Source: Fimbriimonadaceae bacterium (lineage in GTDB: Bacteria > Armatimonadota > Fimbriimonadia > Fimbriimonadales > Fimbriimonadaceae). Taken from it: a stretch of 64,000 nucleotides of DNA. The notes under the pieces were generated by a model. It worked only from the letters and a program-made list of their open reading frames with translations, searched no databases and was not told the origin of the DNA. Each line of letters starts with the position of its first letter. Position 1 is the first letter of the stretch. This document shows, one piece after another, positions 42,192 to 50,648 of this stretch. Position numbers and translations under genes: made by a program. The stretch is from assembly GCA_046292875.1 (NCBI GenBank), contig JBKBQD010000008.1:17567-81566 (forward strand). The letters are read 5' to 3'.

Positions 42192-42239
42192 TGGGGATCC
42201 CCTCTGGCATCGACACGTTGGTGTCCCTCACCGACTCAC

Positions 42240-42517
42240 ATTCCGATATATAGTCGGTCCAAAGCCGTTCGCGGGAAAAAGCATTACGCCTGCCTCGTCG
42301 AAGATCTCCGCGACAGCTTCGCCACGAACCACGTCCGAATGGGAACGGACATCAAGTCGATTTCCGAAATGATGGGCCACCACAAGCCCTCCTACACGCT
42401 GGACAAGTACGTCAAGACGGACGAGGCGACGATCCGGGCCGCGCAGGACAAGTTGACGGATAAGCTACACGAGGCGCGCACGGCGGAGCCGGAGTGGCTC
42501 CCCGCAGGTTCAAAAGA
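42240..42517 (+). pseudogene. tyrosine recombinase (phage-type integrase) C-terminal remnant
   Basis: The in-frame translation ..RGKKHYACLVEDLRDSFATNHVRMGTDIKSISEMMGHHKPSYTLDKYV.. matches the integrase box II region (HDLRHTFAT...LGH....T...Y). The first His is replaced (E-D-L-R-D) and no upstream catalytic domain remains; there is a stop at 42189. Confidence 0.65.
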
Positions 42518-42592
42518 TGGTGGGCGGTACAGGACTTGAACCTGTGACCCCTACAGTGTCATTGTAGTGCTCTACCACTGAGCTAACCGCCC
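42518..42592 (-). tRNA. tRNA-Val (anticodon GAC), CCA encoded; integration target
   Basis: The reverse complement is GGGCGGTTAGCTCAGTGGTAGAGCA-CTACA-ATGACAC-TGTAG-GGGTC-ACAGGTTCAAGTCCTGT-ACCGCCCACCA. Its 3' 47 nt are the proximal direct repeat. Confidence 0.9.
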
Positions 42593-42669
42593 GGGGAGGC
42601 TCAAGTATGGCCCGGCGGGGGAGCGTCCGTCAAGTCAACCAGCCCCTGCACGGGTACGATTCTGGGCAC

Positions 42670-42745
42670 GGCCTCGTAGCTCAGTGGATAGAGCGCCTCC
42701 GTCCTAAGGAGGGCGTCGGGGGTTCGATTCCCTCCGAGGCCGCCA
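42670..42745 (+). tRNA. tRNA-Arg (anticodon CCT), CCA encoded
   Basis: GGCCTCGTAGCTCAGTGGATAGAGCG-CCTCC-GTCCTAA-GGAGG-GCGTC-GGGGGTTCGATTCCCTC-CGAGGCCGCCA. Confidence 0.9.
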
Positions 42746-42794
42746 CGACGCGAGATTCGACCGCTGAGGCGGTCAGACCCATCAAGCCAAGGGC

Positions 42795-43262
42795 ATGTCC
42801 TCCAAATTTCTCATCACTGGCATGTCCGGTACCGGCAAGTCGTCGGTGATTGCCGAGCTTCGCCGCCGCGGGTTCCGGGCCATGGATGCTGATGATGGAT
42901 TTTCAGAATCAGGTCCGGAGGGGGACTGGGTGTGGATTGAACCCAAAGTCGCACAGCTTCTTGCTGATCCGCATGGCGGCACCCTCTTTTTTTCGGGGTG
43001 CGCGTCGAATCAAGGCCGTTTTTACGACGACTTTGATCAAGTGATTTTGCTCGTTGCGCCGGTGGAAGTGCTTTTGTCCAGGTTGGAACAACGTCAAACC
43101 AACCACTTTGGCAAGACTGATGCAGAGCGCGCTCGAATCCTCGTCGACCTGGAAACGTTTGAGCCAGTGTTGCGCAGGACATCGGACGTGATCATCGAAA
43201 CATCGGTTCCGCTTGCTGAAGTCGTGGACCAAATACTGTTGTCCGCCGGACTGTCTGAGTGA
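42795..43262 (+). CDS. P-loop NTPase (small AAA/kinase-like ATP-binding protein)
   Basis: 155 aa with Walker A ITGMSGTGKSS at the N-terminus. The size and layout resemble shikimate/adenylate-kinase-like proteins. Confidence 0.6.
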   Translation: MSSKFLITGMSGTGKSSVIAELRRRGFRAMDADDGFSESGPEGDWVWIEPKVAQLLADPHGGTLFFSGCASNQGRFYDDFDQVILLVAPVEVLLSRLEQRQTNHFGKTDAERARILVDLETFEPVLRRTSDVIIETSVPLAEVVDQILLSAGLSE

Positions 43263-43489
43263 CCAGATGTCTTCCAATGAAGTAGCTGAGGCTGGTCGAT
43301 CCATCTCGATGCTCTCTTGTGGCCACTGGATTCCGTGAGGCATTTTGCGATACCTATAGACTTAACCCATTCTTTACCTACCTTTCATCCAACCGAACAG
43401 AGACGTCGGGAGGGAGGCGACACCTTCCGAGGTTGCCTGGCGTTTCCTGAAGCAGGACGTCATCGAGCGGCATGCAAGCCAGAACCCAC

Positions 43490-43966
43490 TCAGTACATCG
43501 CTTTGTCGCCGTACAGTGTCTGGATGAACGCCAGTTGACCCAAGTGATACGTCGTGTTCCAGTACGGAAACGACATCAAATCGGCCATGGATTGGGGTAA
43601 GTCATTGGCAAAGGTAAGGCGAATCTCCAGGCCCAACTCGTCCTGGGGAAACGTGCGGACCAGCTCATAGAATCGGTCCAGGTTCTCTCTCAGCACTGCC
43701 TCGCATTTGTCGAAGGTATCCCAGCTCCCCATCAGGGCCGCGTCTGCCGCCATGCGCTGCTCGTCGTATTCCATGCACGCCCGTGCCGCAAGCATTTCGA
43801 TGGCCCAGGTCGGAGCCATGGCGATCTCCTGCATCAGGGCCAAAGGCGTGCGTCCGACGCCCAGCACACTCCAGGTCCGTTTGTCTTCGGGGGTGTGGCG
43901 CATGTAGGCAAGAAAGGTCTGGTGGGCCTCTTCCGTCAGGCGAATCATTTGGTCGGTATAGAGCAT
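43490..43966 (-). CDS. DinB-family protein
   Basis: 158 aa. The C-terminal YHLGQLAFIQTLYG matches the DinB-fold HxGQ motif. Confidence 0.55.
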   Translation of the reverse strand: MLYTDQMIRLTEEAHQTFLAYMRHTPEDKRTWSVLGVGRTPLALMQEIAMAPTWAIEMLAARACMEYDEQRMAADAALMGSWDTFDKCEAVLRENLDRFYELVRTFPQDELGLEIRLTFANDLPQSMADLMSFPYWNTTYHLGQLAFIQTLYGDKAMY

Positions 43967-44116
43967 GGGCGTTCATATTAGCCGACATACGTATGCTCTT
44001 TTATCAAAATGCTTGCATCATCTTAGCGTCATCGATCTTGGGACGACTGGGATCACGCGACAAAGCATGCAGTGCGGTCAGGGCAGGTTTTGCGAGCCGC
44101 AGGTACCCTCGCGCCT

Positions 44117-45133
44117 ATGGTTTCACGCGCCTTCATCGAAGGGATGCCGAAAGTCGAGCTGCACGTCCACTTGGAAGGGGCGATTCGCCCCGAGACCGTG
44201 CTCAAGCTGGCGAAGAAGAACAGCGTCTCGCTGCCGGCCGACACGGTGGAGGGCCTGCGCGAGTGGTATCAGTTCCGCGACTTCCCTCATTTTGTCGATG
44301 TCTATGTCTCCGTCACGAAGACGATCAAGACCGCCGATGACGTCGAACTCATTGCGCGCGAGTTCCTGGAGGGCCAAGCGGCACAGCATGTCCTCTATAC
44401 GGAAGCGACCTACACGGCGGCCACCGTGCAGGAAATGGTCGGCATCCCCTGGGAAGATCAGTTTCGCGCCCTGCAGCGTGCCCGCGAATACGGGGCGCGA
44501 GAACTCGGAACCCACGCCGGATGGGTCATTGACATTGTTCGCGGACACTCGCCCGAGCGCGCCCTGGAAGTCGCCCAGTGGGCCGTGCGCGGTCGCGAGT
44601 ATGGCGTCGTCGCCCTCGGCCTAGCCGGCGAGGAACGACGCGGCGGAGCGCCGGAATACCGCCAGGCCTTCGATCACGCACGCGAACATGGGCTGCCCAT
44701 CATCCCTCACGCGGGGGAAACGCAGGGGCCGTGGAGCATCATCGAGTCGATGGACGTGATCCACCCAACCCGGCTTGCCCACGGTGTCCGCGCCATCGAG
44801 GACCCGGCGCTAGTCGCCCGACTGCGAGAAAACGGCGTCGTCCTCGATGTCTGCCCGTCAAGCAACGTCTGTCTGAACGTGGTTCCCGACCTCCCCCGTC
44901 ATATGCTCCCCCAACTGGTCGATGCGGGCCTGAGAGTCACCATCAACTCCGACGATCCTCCCATGTTCGACACGACGCTCACCGAAGAATTCGTCCGTGT
45001 GACCGAGGCGTTCGGGTTCACTCGCGAGCACCTCCGCGCCTTTACCGACACCGCCGTCGAAGCGGCGCTGGTCGATTCCGACAACCGTGATGAGTTCGCC
45101 GGGAAGGTCGCTGATTATTTTGCGACCCGCTAA
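44117..45133 (+). CDS. add: adenosine deaminase
   Basis: Start chosen at MVSRAFIEGMPKVELHVHLEGA (the HxH metal site). It also has IPHAGE and INSDDPPMF motifs. Confidence 0.9.
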   Translation: MVSRAFIEGMPKVELHVHLEGAIRPETVLKLAKKNSVSLPADTVEGLREWYQFRDFPHFVDVYVSVTKTIKTADDVELIAREFLEGQAAQHVLYTEATYTAATVQEMVGIPWEDQFRALQRAREYGARELGTHAGWVIDIVRGHSPERALEVAQWAVRGREYGVVALGLAGEERRGGAPEYRQAFDHAREHGLPIIPHAGETQGPWSIIESMDVIHPTRLAHGVRAIEDPALVARLRENGVVLDVCPSSNVCLNVVPDLPRHMLPQLVDAGLRVTINSDDPPMFDTTLTEEFVRVTEAFGFTREHLRAFTDTAVEAALVDSDNRDEFAGKVADYFATR

Positions 45134-46113
45134 AGGTCCATGTCGGAGCTATGACCGGGGAATAGCTTGGCCGTGGGATCCAGGTAAGTCTTCGCAAAGC
45201 AGACCGCCGTCACGGCTTCGCCAACCCCTGTGGCGATGAGTTTCAGCTTTTCGGGATAGGTACACACGTCGCCAACCGCAAAGACGCCGGGCAGATTGGT
45301 CTCGCACTTGGCATCCACCACGATCTGGTTTTTCTCGATCTCCAGTCCCCAGCCCTTGATCGGGCCAAGGCTCGATTTGAACCCAATATTCACCACAAGG
45401 GCATCGGTGGGGACGAGAGTCTGGCTCTTGTCACGCGTGTCTTCCAGAGTGACCGCGGTGAGTCGCTCCGTTCCGTGCAGTTCCTTGACGACTTTGAAGA
45501 GGTGCATCGGCACCCCAAGTTCCCTGACTTCTTCGATCGACTCCTCGTGAGCGCGGAACTGGTCACGGCGGTGGACCAGCGCAATGGACGCGCATACCGG
45601 GTGTAGATTCAAAAGCCAGTCAAACGCACTGTCGCCGCCCCCGACGATGAGCACATGGCGCCCGGCAAAATGCGCTTTCTCACGCACGCCGTAGTGAACT
45701 CCGCGGTCCAGGAACTCATCCTCACGTTCAACGCCGATCTTGGTGGGGCTGAAGGCACCCGCGCCCGCGCTGATGATGACCGTACGGGCACGGATTGCCG
45801 ACCCGTCGTCCAGTCCGACTCGGTAGCCCTCCTCGCTTCTTTCGAGCGACGAGGCGGTGCGGCCAAGCGCCACCCCGGGAGCAAACCGGGTGCCCTGGGC
45901 AATCATTTCTCTCGCCAGATCCTTTGCCAGCACGCTCGGAAAGCCGGGCATGTCATAGACGAACTTTTCCGGATAGAGCGCCGTAAGCTGTCCGCCGAGG
46001 TCGGGCAGACTGTCCACGATGGTGACCGACATGCCGCGAAGCCCTGCGTAGAACGCCCCAAAGAGGCCGACTGGCCCGCCGCCGATAATGAGAACGTCAA
46101 CCGGATGCGACAT
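45130..46113 (-). CDS. TrxR-like ferredoxin-NADP+ reductase (YumC type)
   Basis: 327 aa with DVLIIGGGPVGLFGAFYAGLRG, GGQLTALYPEK..YD and a second GGGDSA NADP fold. No CxxC redox motif is present. Confidence 0.8.
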   Translation of the reverse strand: MSHPVDVLIIGGGPVGLFGAFYAGLRGMSVTIVDSLPDLGGQLTALYPEKFVYDMPGFPSVLAKDLAREMIAQGTRFAPGVALGRTASSLERSEEGYRVGLDDGSAIRARTVIISAGAGAFSPTKIGVEREDEFLDRGVHYGVREKAHFAGRHVLIVGGGDSAFDWLLNLHPVCASIALVHRRDQFRAHEESIEEVRELGVPMHLFKVVKELHGTERLTAVTLEDTRDKSQTLVPTDALVVNIGFKSSLGPIKGWGLEIEKNQIVVDAKCETNLPGVFAVGDVCTYPEKLKLIATGVGEAVTAVCFAKTYLDPTAKLFPGHSSDMDL

Positions 46114-46236
46114 TGATGCGAACCCGGATGAAGGTACCCGCTCGGCCCGGGATAGATTCGGCCCTGTCGTTCGTTACGGTACGTGTTGAACCGACGGATA
46201 GGCCGATTTCGGTAGAATCACGGTTCGTTCGAGGGC

Positions 46237-46755
46237 ATGATGAAGCAACTGAGTATTTGGATCGGCGCGGGCGCGATCATTGCCGTGGCCGCCATGAGCG
46301 TGGCCCAAGGCCAAAATGCGGCCAAGGCCATGGAGGGCAAGAGAGTGCCCGCTTTTACCATGACGACGGTGGACGGAAAGACGCTCGACAGCAAGAGCAC
46401 TGCCGGCAAGGTCGTCTTGATCGACTTCTGGGCGACGTGGTGCGGCCCCTGCAAAGAGCTTTCACCAGGCATCCAGAAGCTGCATGAGACCTACGCCTCG
46501 AAGGGGCTCACGGTGATCGGTGCCGCCACCAGCGACCGCAATACCGCCGCCATCAAGCGCTACCCGACCGAGCACAAGTACACGTTCACCTTCACGCTTG
46601 GCGATGCCAACGACAAGCTGGCCAAGGAGATGGGGGTGACCGGACTGCCGACGATCTTTGTGATCGACAAGCAGGGTGTGGTGCGCCATGTCGAGGTTGG
46701 AAGTTCGGCTCGCACGATCGCCAATCTCGAAGACGCGATCAAAAAGCTGCTCTAA
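46237..46755 (+). CDS. TlpA-family thiol:disulfide oxidoreductase (thioredoxin fold)
   Basis: It has a signal peptide, the FWATWCGPC active site and GLPTIFVID. Confidence 0.85.
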   Translation: MMKQLSIWIGAGAIIAVAAMSVAQGQNAAKAMEGKRVPAFTMTTVDGKTLDSKSTAGKVVLIDFWATWCGPCKELSPGIQKLHETYASKGLTVIGAATSDRNTAAIKRYPTEHKYTFTFTLGDANDKLAKEMGVTGLPTIFVIDKQGVVRHVEVGSSARTIANLEDAIKKLL

Positions 46756-47384
46756 TCAAGCGACAGTTCGCGAAACTGCACTTCGACCCAGCGCATCACC
46801 TCTTCCGGGGTGGCAGCTGGGTCGAACTTTTTGGGCTCTCCCCAAATGCACTGCACCGTGCGAAAGGCGGGTCTGGGGATCACTTTGCCGTACGGAATCA
46901 CCCGTTCTGAGTTCCTAAAGGACGCGCAGAGGATCGGCACATCGGCCATGCGCGCGATGAGCGCCGCGCCAGGCTTCAGGGGGAGAGGCTCACCGCCGAT
47001 GCGCACCCGCCCTTCGGGAAAGACTACCACGGGGTAGCCCTGCTTGAGGTACCAGACGGCCTGACGAAGCGAGGCGCGATCCGGCGCATCGGGGTCAACC
47101 GGAAACGCGCCCAGCTGTGGGATCAGCCGGCCCAGCCAACCCATCGAAAACAGGTCGCGCTTGGCCATGAAGAAGAGCGGGCGAGGCGACCCATATTGAA
47201 TCAGGACCGGGTCAAAGTCGCTCGGATGGGTCGCCAAGATGAGCACGCCGCCCTTGCGCGGTACGCGATACGCTCCCACCACCTTGAGCGGACCGAGAAT
47301 GAAAAACAGCGGCCACAGCAAGACCCTCAGCACGGGAAGTCCATATGGCGCATACCACCGGGCGTGAAGCGGGTACTCAGCCAT
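46752..47384 (-). CDS. plsC: 1-acyl-sn-glycerol-3-phosphate (lysophospholipid) acyltransferase
   Basis: 210 aa with the HxxxxD motif (THPSDFDP) and the FPEGRV motif. Confidence 0.8.
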   Translation of the reverse strand: MAEYPLHARWYAPYGLPVLRVLLWPLFFILGPLKVVGAYRVPRKGGVLILATHPSDFDPVLIQYGSPRPLFFMAKRDLFSMGWLGRLIPQLGAFPVDPDAPDRASLRQAVWYLKQGYPVVVFPEGRVRIGGEPLPLKPGAALIARMADVPILCASFRNSERVIPYGKVIPRPAFRTVQCIWGEPKKFDPAATPEEVMRWVEVQFRELSLD

Positions 47385-48564
47385 GTGCGGCCTCGATCAG
47401 CCGCTGAAGCGCCGCCGGATACAGGCGATGCTCCAGTTCAAGCACTCGCGCGGCCAGCGTTTCGGGGGTGTCGGTCGGGAGGACGGGGCATCGCTCTTGA
47501 AGGACGATCGGCCCTTCGTCATACTCGGGCGTCACGAGGTGGACGGTCGCTCCCGACTCGGCCTCTCCCGCGGCCAGGACCGCTTCGTGGACGTGGCGCC
47601 CGTACATCCCTTTGCCGCCGAACTTGGGCAGCAGCGCCGGATGGATGTTCAGAACATGGCCCGCGTAGGCGTCGAGCACTTCCACCGGCAGAAGTCGGGT
47701 GAAGCCAGCCAAGCAGACCCATGACACGTTTTCCGCGCGGAGAACCTGCAGCAGGCGCGCGCCGTAGTCCTCGCCCGGTGCGACCACCGCCACCGGCGTT
47801 CCCGAAGCACGTGCGAACGTGGCGGCCGGTGAATCGCCCACGGGCGAGATGACCACCGCGACCTGCGCCTCCAACTCGCCCGAGGTAGACGCCTGGATGA
47901 GGGCGCGCATGTTGCTTCCCCTGCCTTTCGGCCCGACCAGAATGGCGACCTTGGGCCGGACAAGGCGGGAAAGAATGGCATTCAGGGCCTCGTGGGCCAC
48001 TGCCTCCGGCGCGTTCGCCGCGTTCAGCACCGTCCACTTCAGCGGGTCTGCCGCTGCCTCGGCCCGGAAACCCTCGCGCACGCGGTGATGAAACTCGAGC
48101 GACTCCGCGTCGATCCGGTCGCGCTGCTCCAAACGCGCCAATCCTTCCTCGCTCGACAGATCGAAGAGGAGCTTCAGGTCTGGGGTCAGCCCACCGGTAG
48201 CCGTAGCGTTCAGCTGCCGCAGCCAGTCAAGATCCCATCCGCGCCCATAGCCCTGATAGGCGAGAGTGCTGTCGGCAAATCGATCGCAGAGCACGACGGT
48301 GCCGCCGAGCAGCGCGGGTCGGATGATCGTCGCGACATGCTGGGCTCGGTCGGCCAGAAAGAGAAAGAGTTCGGCCGACGGTTCGACCTCGCCGCCCTCA
48401 AGCAGCAGCGCGCGCACCTTTGCCCCGAACGCCCCGGCCCCCGGCTCGCGGGTGGTGAGCACCTCGTGACCGCGCGAGCGCAACTCGGCGGCAAGCGTCG
48501 CGACGGCGGTGGACTTCCCTGCACCCTCCGGGCCCTCGAACGTCACGAAGAGGCCACGCGCCAT
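47377..48564 (-). CDS. fusion protein: dTMP kinase (N-terminal) + phosphoribosylglycinamide formyltransferase (C-terminal)
   Basis: This is a single 395-aa ORF. Residues 1 to about 200 are Tmk (FVTFEGPEGAGKST, DRFADS). Residues from about 205 to 395 are PurN (KVAILVG..GSN, NIHPALLPKFGG, VTPEYDEGPIV). Confidence 0.8.
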   Translation of the reverse strand: MARGLFVTFEGPEGAGKSTAVATLAAELRSRGHEVLTTREPGAGAFGAKVRALLLEGGEVEPSAELFLFLADRAQHVATIIRPALLGGTVVLCDRFADSTLAYQGYGRGWDLDWLRQLNATATGGLTPDLKLLFDLSSEEGLARLEQRDRIDAESLEFHHRVREGFRAEAAADPLKWTVLNAANAPEAVAHEALNAILSRLVRPKVAILVGPKGRGSNMRALIQASTSGELEAQVAVVISPVGDSPAATFARASGTPVAVVAPGEDYGARLLQVLRAENVSWVCLAGFTRLLPVEVLDAYAGHVLNIHPALLPKFGGKGMYGRHVHEAVLAAGEAESGATVHLVTPEYDEGPIVLQERCPVLPTDTPETLAARVLELEHRLYPAALQRLIEAAHG

Positions 48565-48570
48565 AGGCGA

Positions 48571-50031
48571 TCAGAGATTGATGCCGATGATGGGCAAAAC
48601 GTGCTGTTGGAACAAGACCACGGCGGCAAAGCCAGCCAGGCACAGCACGCACGTGGTCACCACGCCGGGCCGCGGCCGCATCGGCTCGGACGCTGAAGGG
48701 AGCCCCTCGTCGACCAATGCCGCTCGCATGATCGCGATGTAGTAGTACACGCTGATGGCCGAGGTCGCGGCCAACACGATGGCAAGCCATGATTCCTGGG
48801 CCTGGATGGCGCTTTCGAAGATCATCAGCTTGCCGAAGAACCCGGGCAGAATCGGCACGCCGATCAGCGAGAGCGTGAACACCACGAGCGACCAGGCCGC
48901 GAACGGCGACCTCGTTTTGAGGCCGCACAAGTCCTCCAGCCGGGTGCGCTCGGTGCCATTGCGCGCGACGAGCGAGACCACCGCAAAGGCGCCGACCGTG
49001 GCCAGCGTATACACCAGCAAGTAGTAGATGGTCGGCGTTGCGCTCACCTGCTGCGGATCCTTGAAATGCGCCACCACCGCAACCAAGACATAGCCCGCGT
49101 GAGCAATGCTGGAATAGGCCAGGATGCGCTTGATGTCCGTCTGCACGCAGGCGATCAGGTTGCCGACGACCATGGTGAGCACGGCCAGCCAAGAGAGCAC
49201 CGGCAGCCAAAACTCTTGCAGCGGCCCTGCCGATTGGAGCACGCGCCAAAGGGCGGCAAAGGCGGCGATCTTCGACGCCGCGGCCATAAACGCCGTGACG
49301 TTCGTCGGAGCGCCCTGATACACGTCGGGCGTCCATTGGTGGAACGGCACGAAGGCAGCTTTGAAACCTAGCCCGATCAAGATGAACGTAAAGCCGAAAT
49401 AGATGAGCGCCTTGGCTCCAGCCGCACCCGCCTGCAGGGCAAAGAACACGTCGGGCAAGTGGAGGGTGCCGGTCCCGCCGTAAATCAGCGCGATGCCGTA
49501 GAGGAAGAAGCCAGTGGCGAATGAACCCAGCAGGAAGTACTTCATCGCCGACTCCTCCGACTTCGTTTCGGAGCGGCTCATGCCCGCCATGACGTAGAGC
49601 GAAATCGACAGCACCTCGAGCCCAATGAAGAGCATCAGCAGGTTCTGGGTGGTCGCCATGATCATCGCGCCGGCCGTCGCCCAGAGCGCCAGCGGATAGA
49701 ACTCCCCAAAGGCGATGCGCTTTTCGCGCAGGTAGCCCTCGCTGAACACGATCGAAAGGAACGCCCCGATCAGAATCAGCAGCTGCATCGACGAGCCGAA
49801 CCCGTCAAAAAAGACCATGCCGCCAAAGGTCGTGAAGAAGCCTTCGGTCATGGTTTGAATCACGGCCATCATCGCCGTCGCCAGTCCAATGAGGCTGACC
49901 GCAACGATCGGCTCGTTCGGCTTTTTGGGCCGAAACATCTCGATGACCAGCGCCAGCACGCCCGCTACGGCGACCAGGATCACGGGCCGAAGCGCGAGCC
50001 AATCGATTTCGGGCGGTTTCGTTTCAAACAT
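48571..50031 (-). CDS. nuoN: NADH-quinone oxidoreductase subunit N
   Basis: 486 aa, polytopic, with NuoN/ND2-type motifs (FKAAFVPFHQWTPDVYQGAPT). Confidence 0.9.
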   Translation of the reverse strand: MFETKPPEIDWLALRPVILVAVAGVLALVIEMFRPKKPNEPIVAVSLIGLATAMMAVIQTMTEGFFTTFGGMVFFDGFGSSMQLLILIGAFLSIVFSEGYLREKRIAFGEFYPLALWATAGAMIMATTQNLLMLFIGLEVLSISLYVMAGMSRSETKSEESAMKYFLLGSFATGFFLYGIALIYGGTGTLHLPDVFFALQAGAAGAKALIYFGFTFILIGLGFKAAFVPFHQWTPDVYQGAPTNVTAFMAAASKIAAFAALWRVLQSAGPLQEFWLPVLSWLAVLTMVVGNLIACVQTDIKRILAYSSIAHAGYVLVAVVAHFKDPQQVSATPTIYYLLVYTLATVGAFAVVSLVARNGTERTRLEDLCGLKTRSPFAAWSLVVFTLSLIGVPILPGFFGKLMIFESAIQAQESWLAIVLAATSAISVYYYIAIMRAALVDEGLPSASEPMRPRPGVVTTCVLCLAGFAAVVLFQQHVLPIIGINL

Positions 50032-50036
50032 GGCGA

Positions 50037-50648
50037 TTATCGGGCTGGGGTTGTAGCGCCCGCCTCCAAAAGTTGGATGACGTCATGGCCTCCGGTCTCC
50101 AAAATGAAGTCCGCGCCCTGACGGTTGGTGGCAATCTTCGCGCGGCACATGCGGCGCATTTCGTCCACGTCGGCCGAGGATGCCTCCGAGTCCCAGGCGA
50201 ATACGGCGCACGGCAGGTCGCTCAAAACGTCGAGATAGGCGTCGCGCCCGACCACGAAGGCGAACACCGGCTTGGACGCACTCTTGATCAGTTCGCGATC
50301 CGTTTCCAAGAGCCAGCCGCCGTAGCCCATGGGGCTGGTCCACAACTCGCAAGCGCCGTGAATGGTGTACGCGATGCCGTCGACGTCCCCGGCAGCGGCG
50401 ATGCAGCGGCGCGTCTCGTCTGCCGCGCGACGGACTTCGCGGTCGGAAGCGTCCGGATCGTGATCAAAGAGGTCGCTCAGCCGAACGCCTTGCTCCAGCG
50501 CGACACCGAATGGGTTCTTGACATGTGTCAGTCTGAACTCGCCGTCAATCCCTGCATCAGCGGCAACACCGGGCAGGAACGAAACGCTTGGCGCACGGTC
50601 CACCGTTACGCCGGCCAAAGCCGCCGTCACTCGCTCGCGGGACGTCAC
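50037..50648 (-). CDS. hypothetical soluble protein inserted between nuoM and nuoN; weak URO-D-like features
   Basis: The GTG at 50648 lies 6 nt after GGAGG and overlaps the nuoM stop (GTGA). The stop lies 5 nt before the nuoN ATG. Third-position G+C is high. The N-terminus SRERVTAALAGVTVDRAP resembles the start of uroporphyrinogen-decarboxylase-like proteins, but the ORF is only about 203 aa. Confidence 0.5.
   Translation of the reverse strand: MTSRERVTAALAGVTVDRAPSVSFLPGVAADAGIDGEFRLTHVKNPFGVALEQGVRLSDLFDHDPDASDREVRRAADETRRCIAAAGDVDGIAYTIHGACELWTSPMGYGGWLLETDRELIKSASKPVFAFVVGRDAYLDVLSDLPCAVFAWDSEASSADVDEMRRMCRAKIATNRQGADFILETGGHDVIQLLEAGATTPAR

Larger units (their letters stand above)
37716..42564. 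mobile_element. tRNA-Val-associated integrated genomic islet (about 4.8 kb) carrying a SPARTA-type defence operon; integrase decayed
   Basis: It is bounded by a perfect 47-bp direct repeat. By eye, G+C is lower than in the flanks. A tyrosine-recombinase C-terminal fragment lies next to the tRNA, and the cargo is unrelated to the neighbouring housekeeping genes. Confidence 0.8.
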
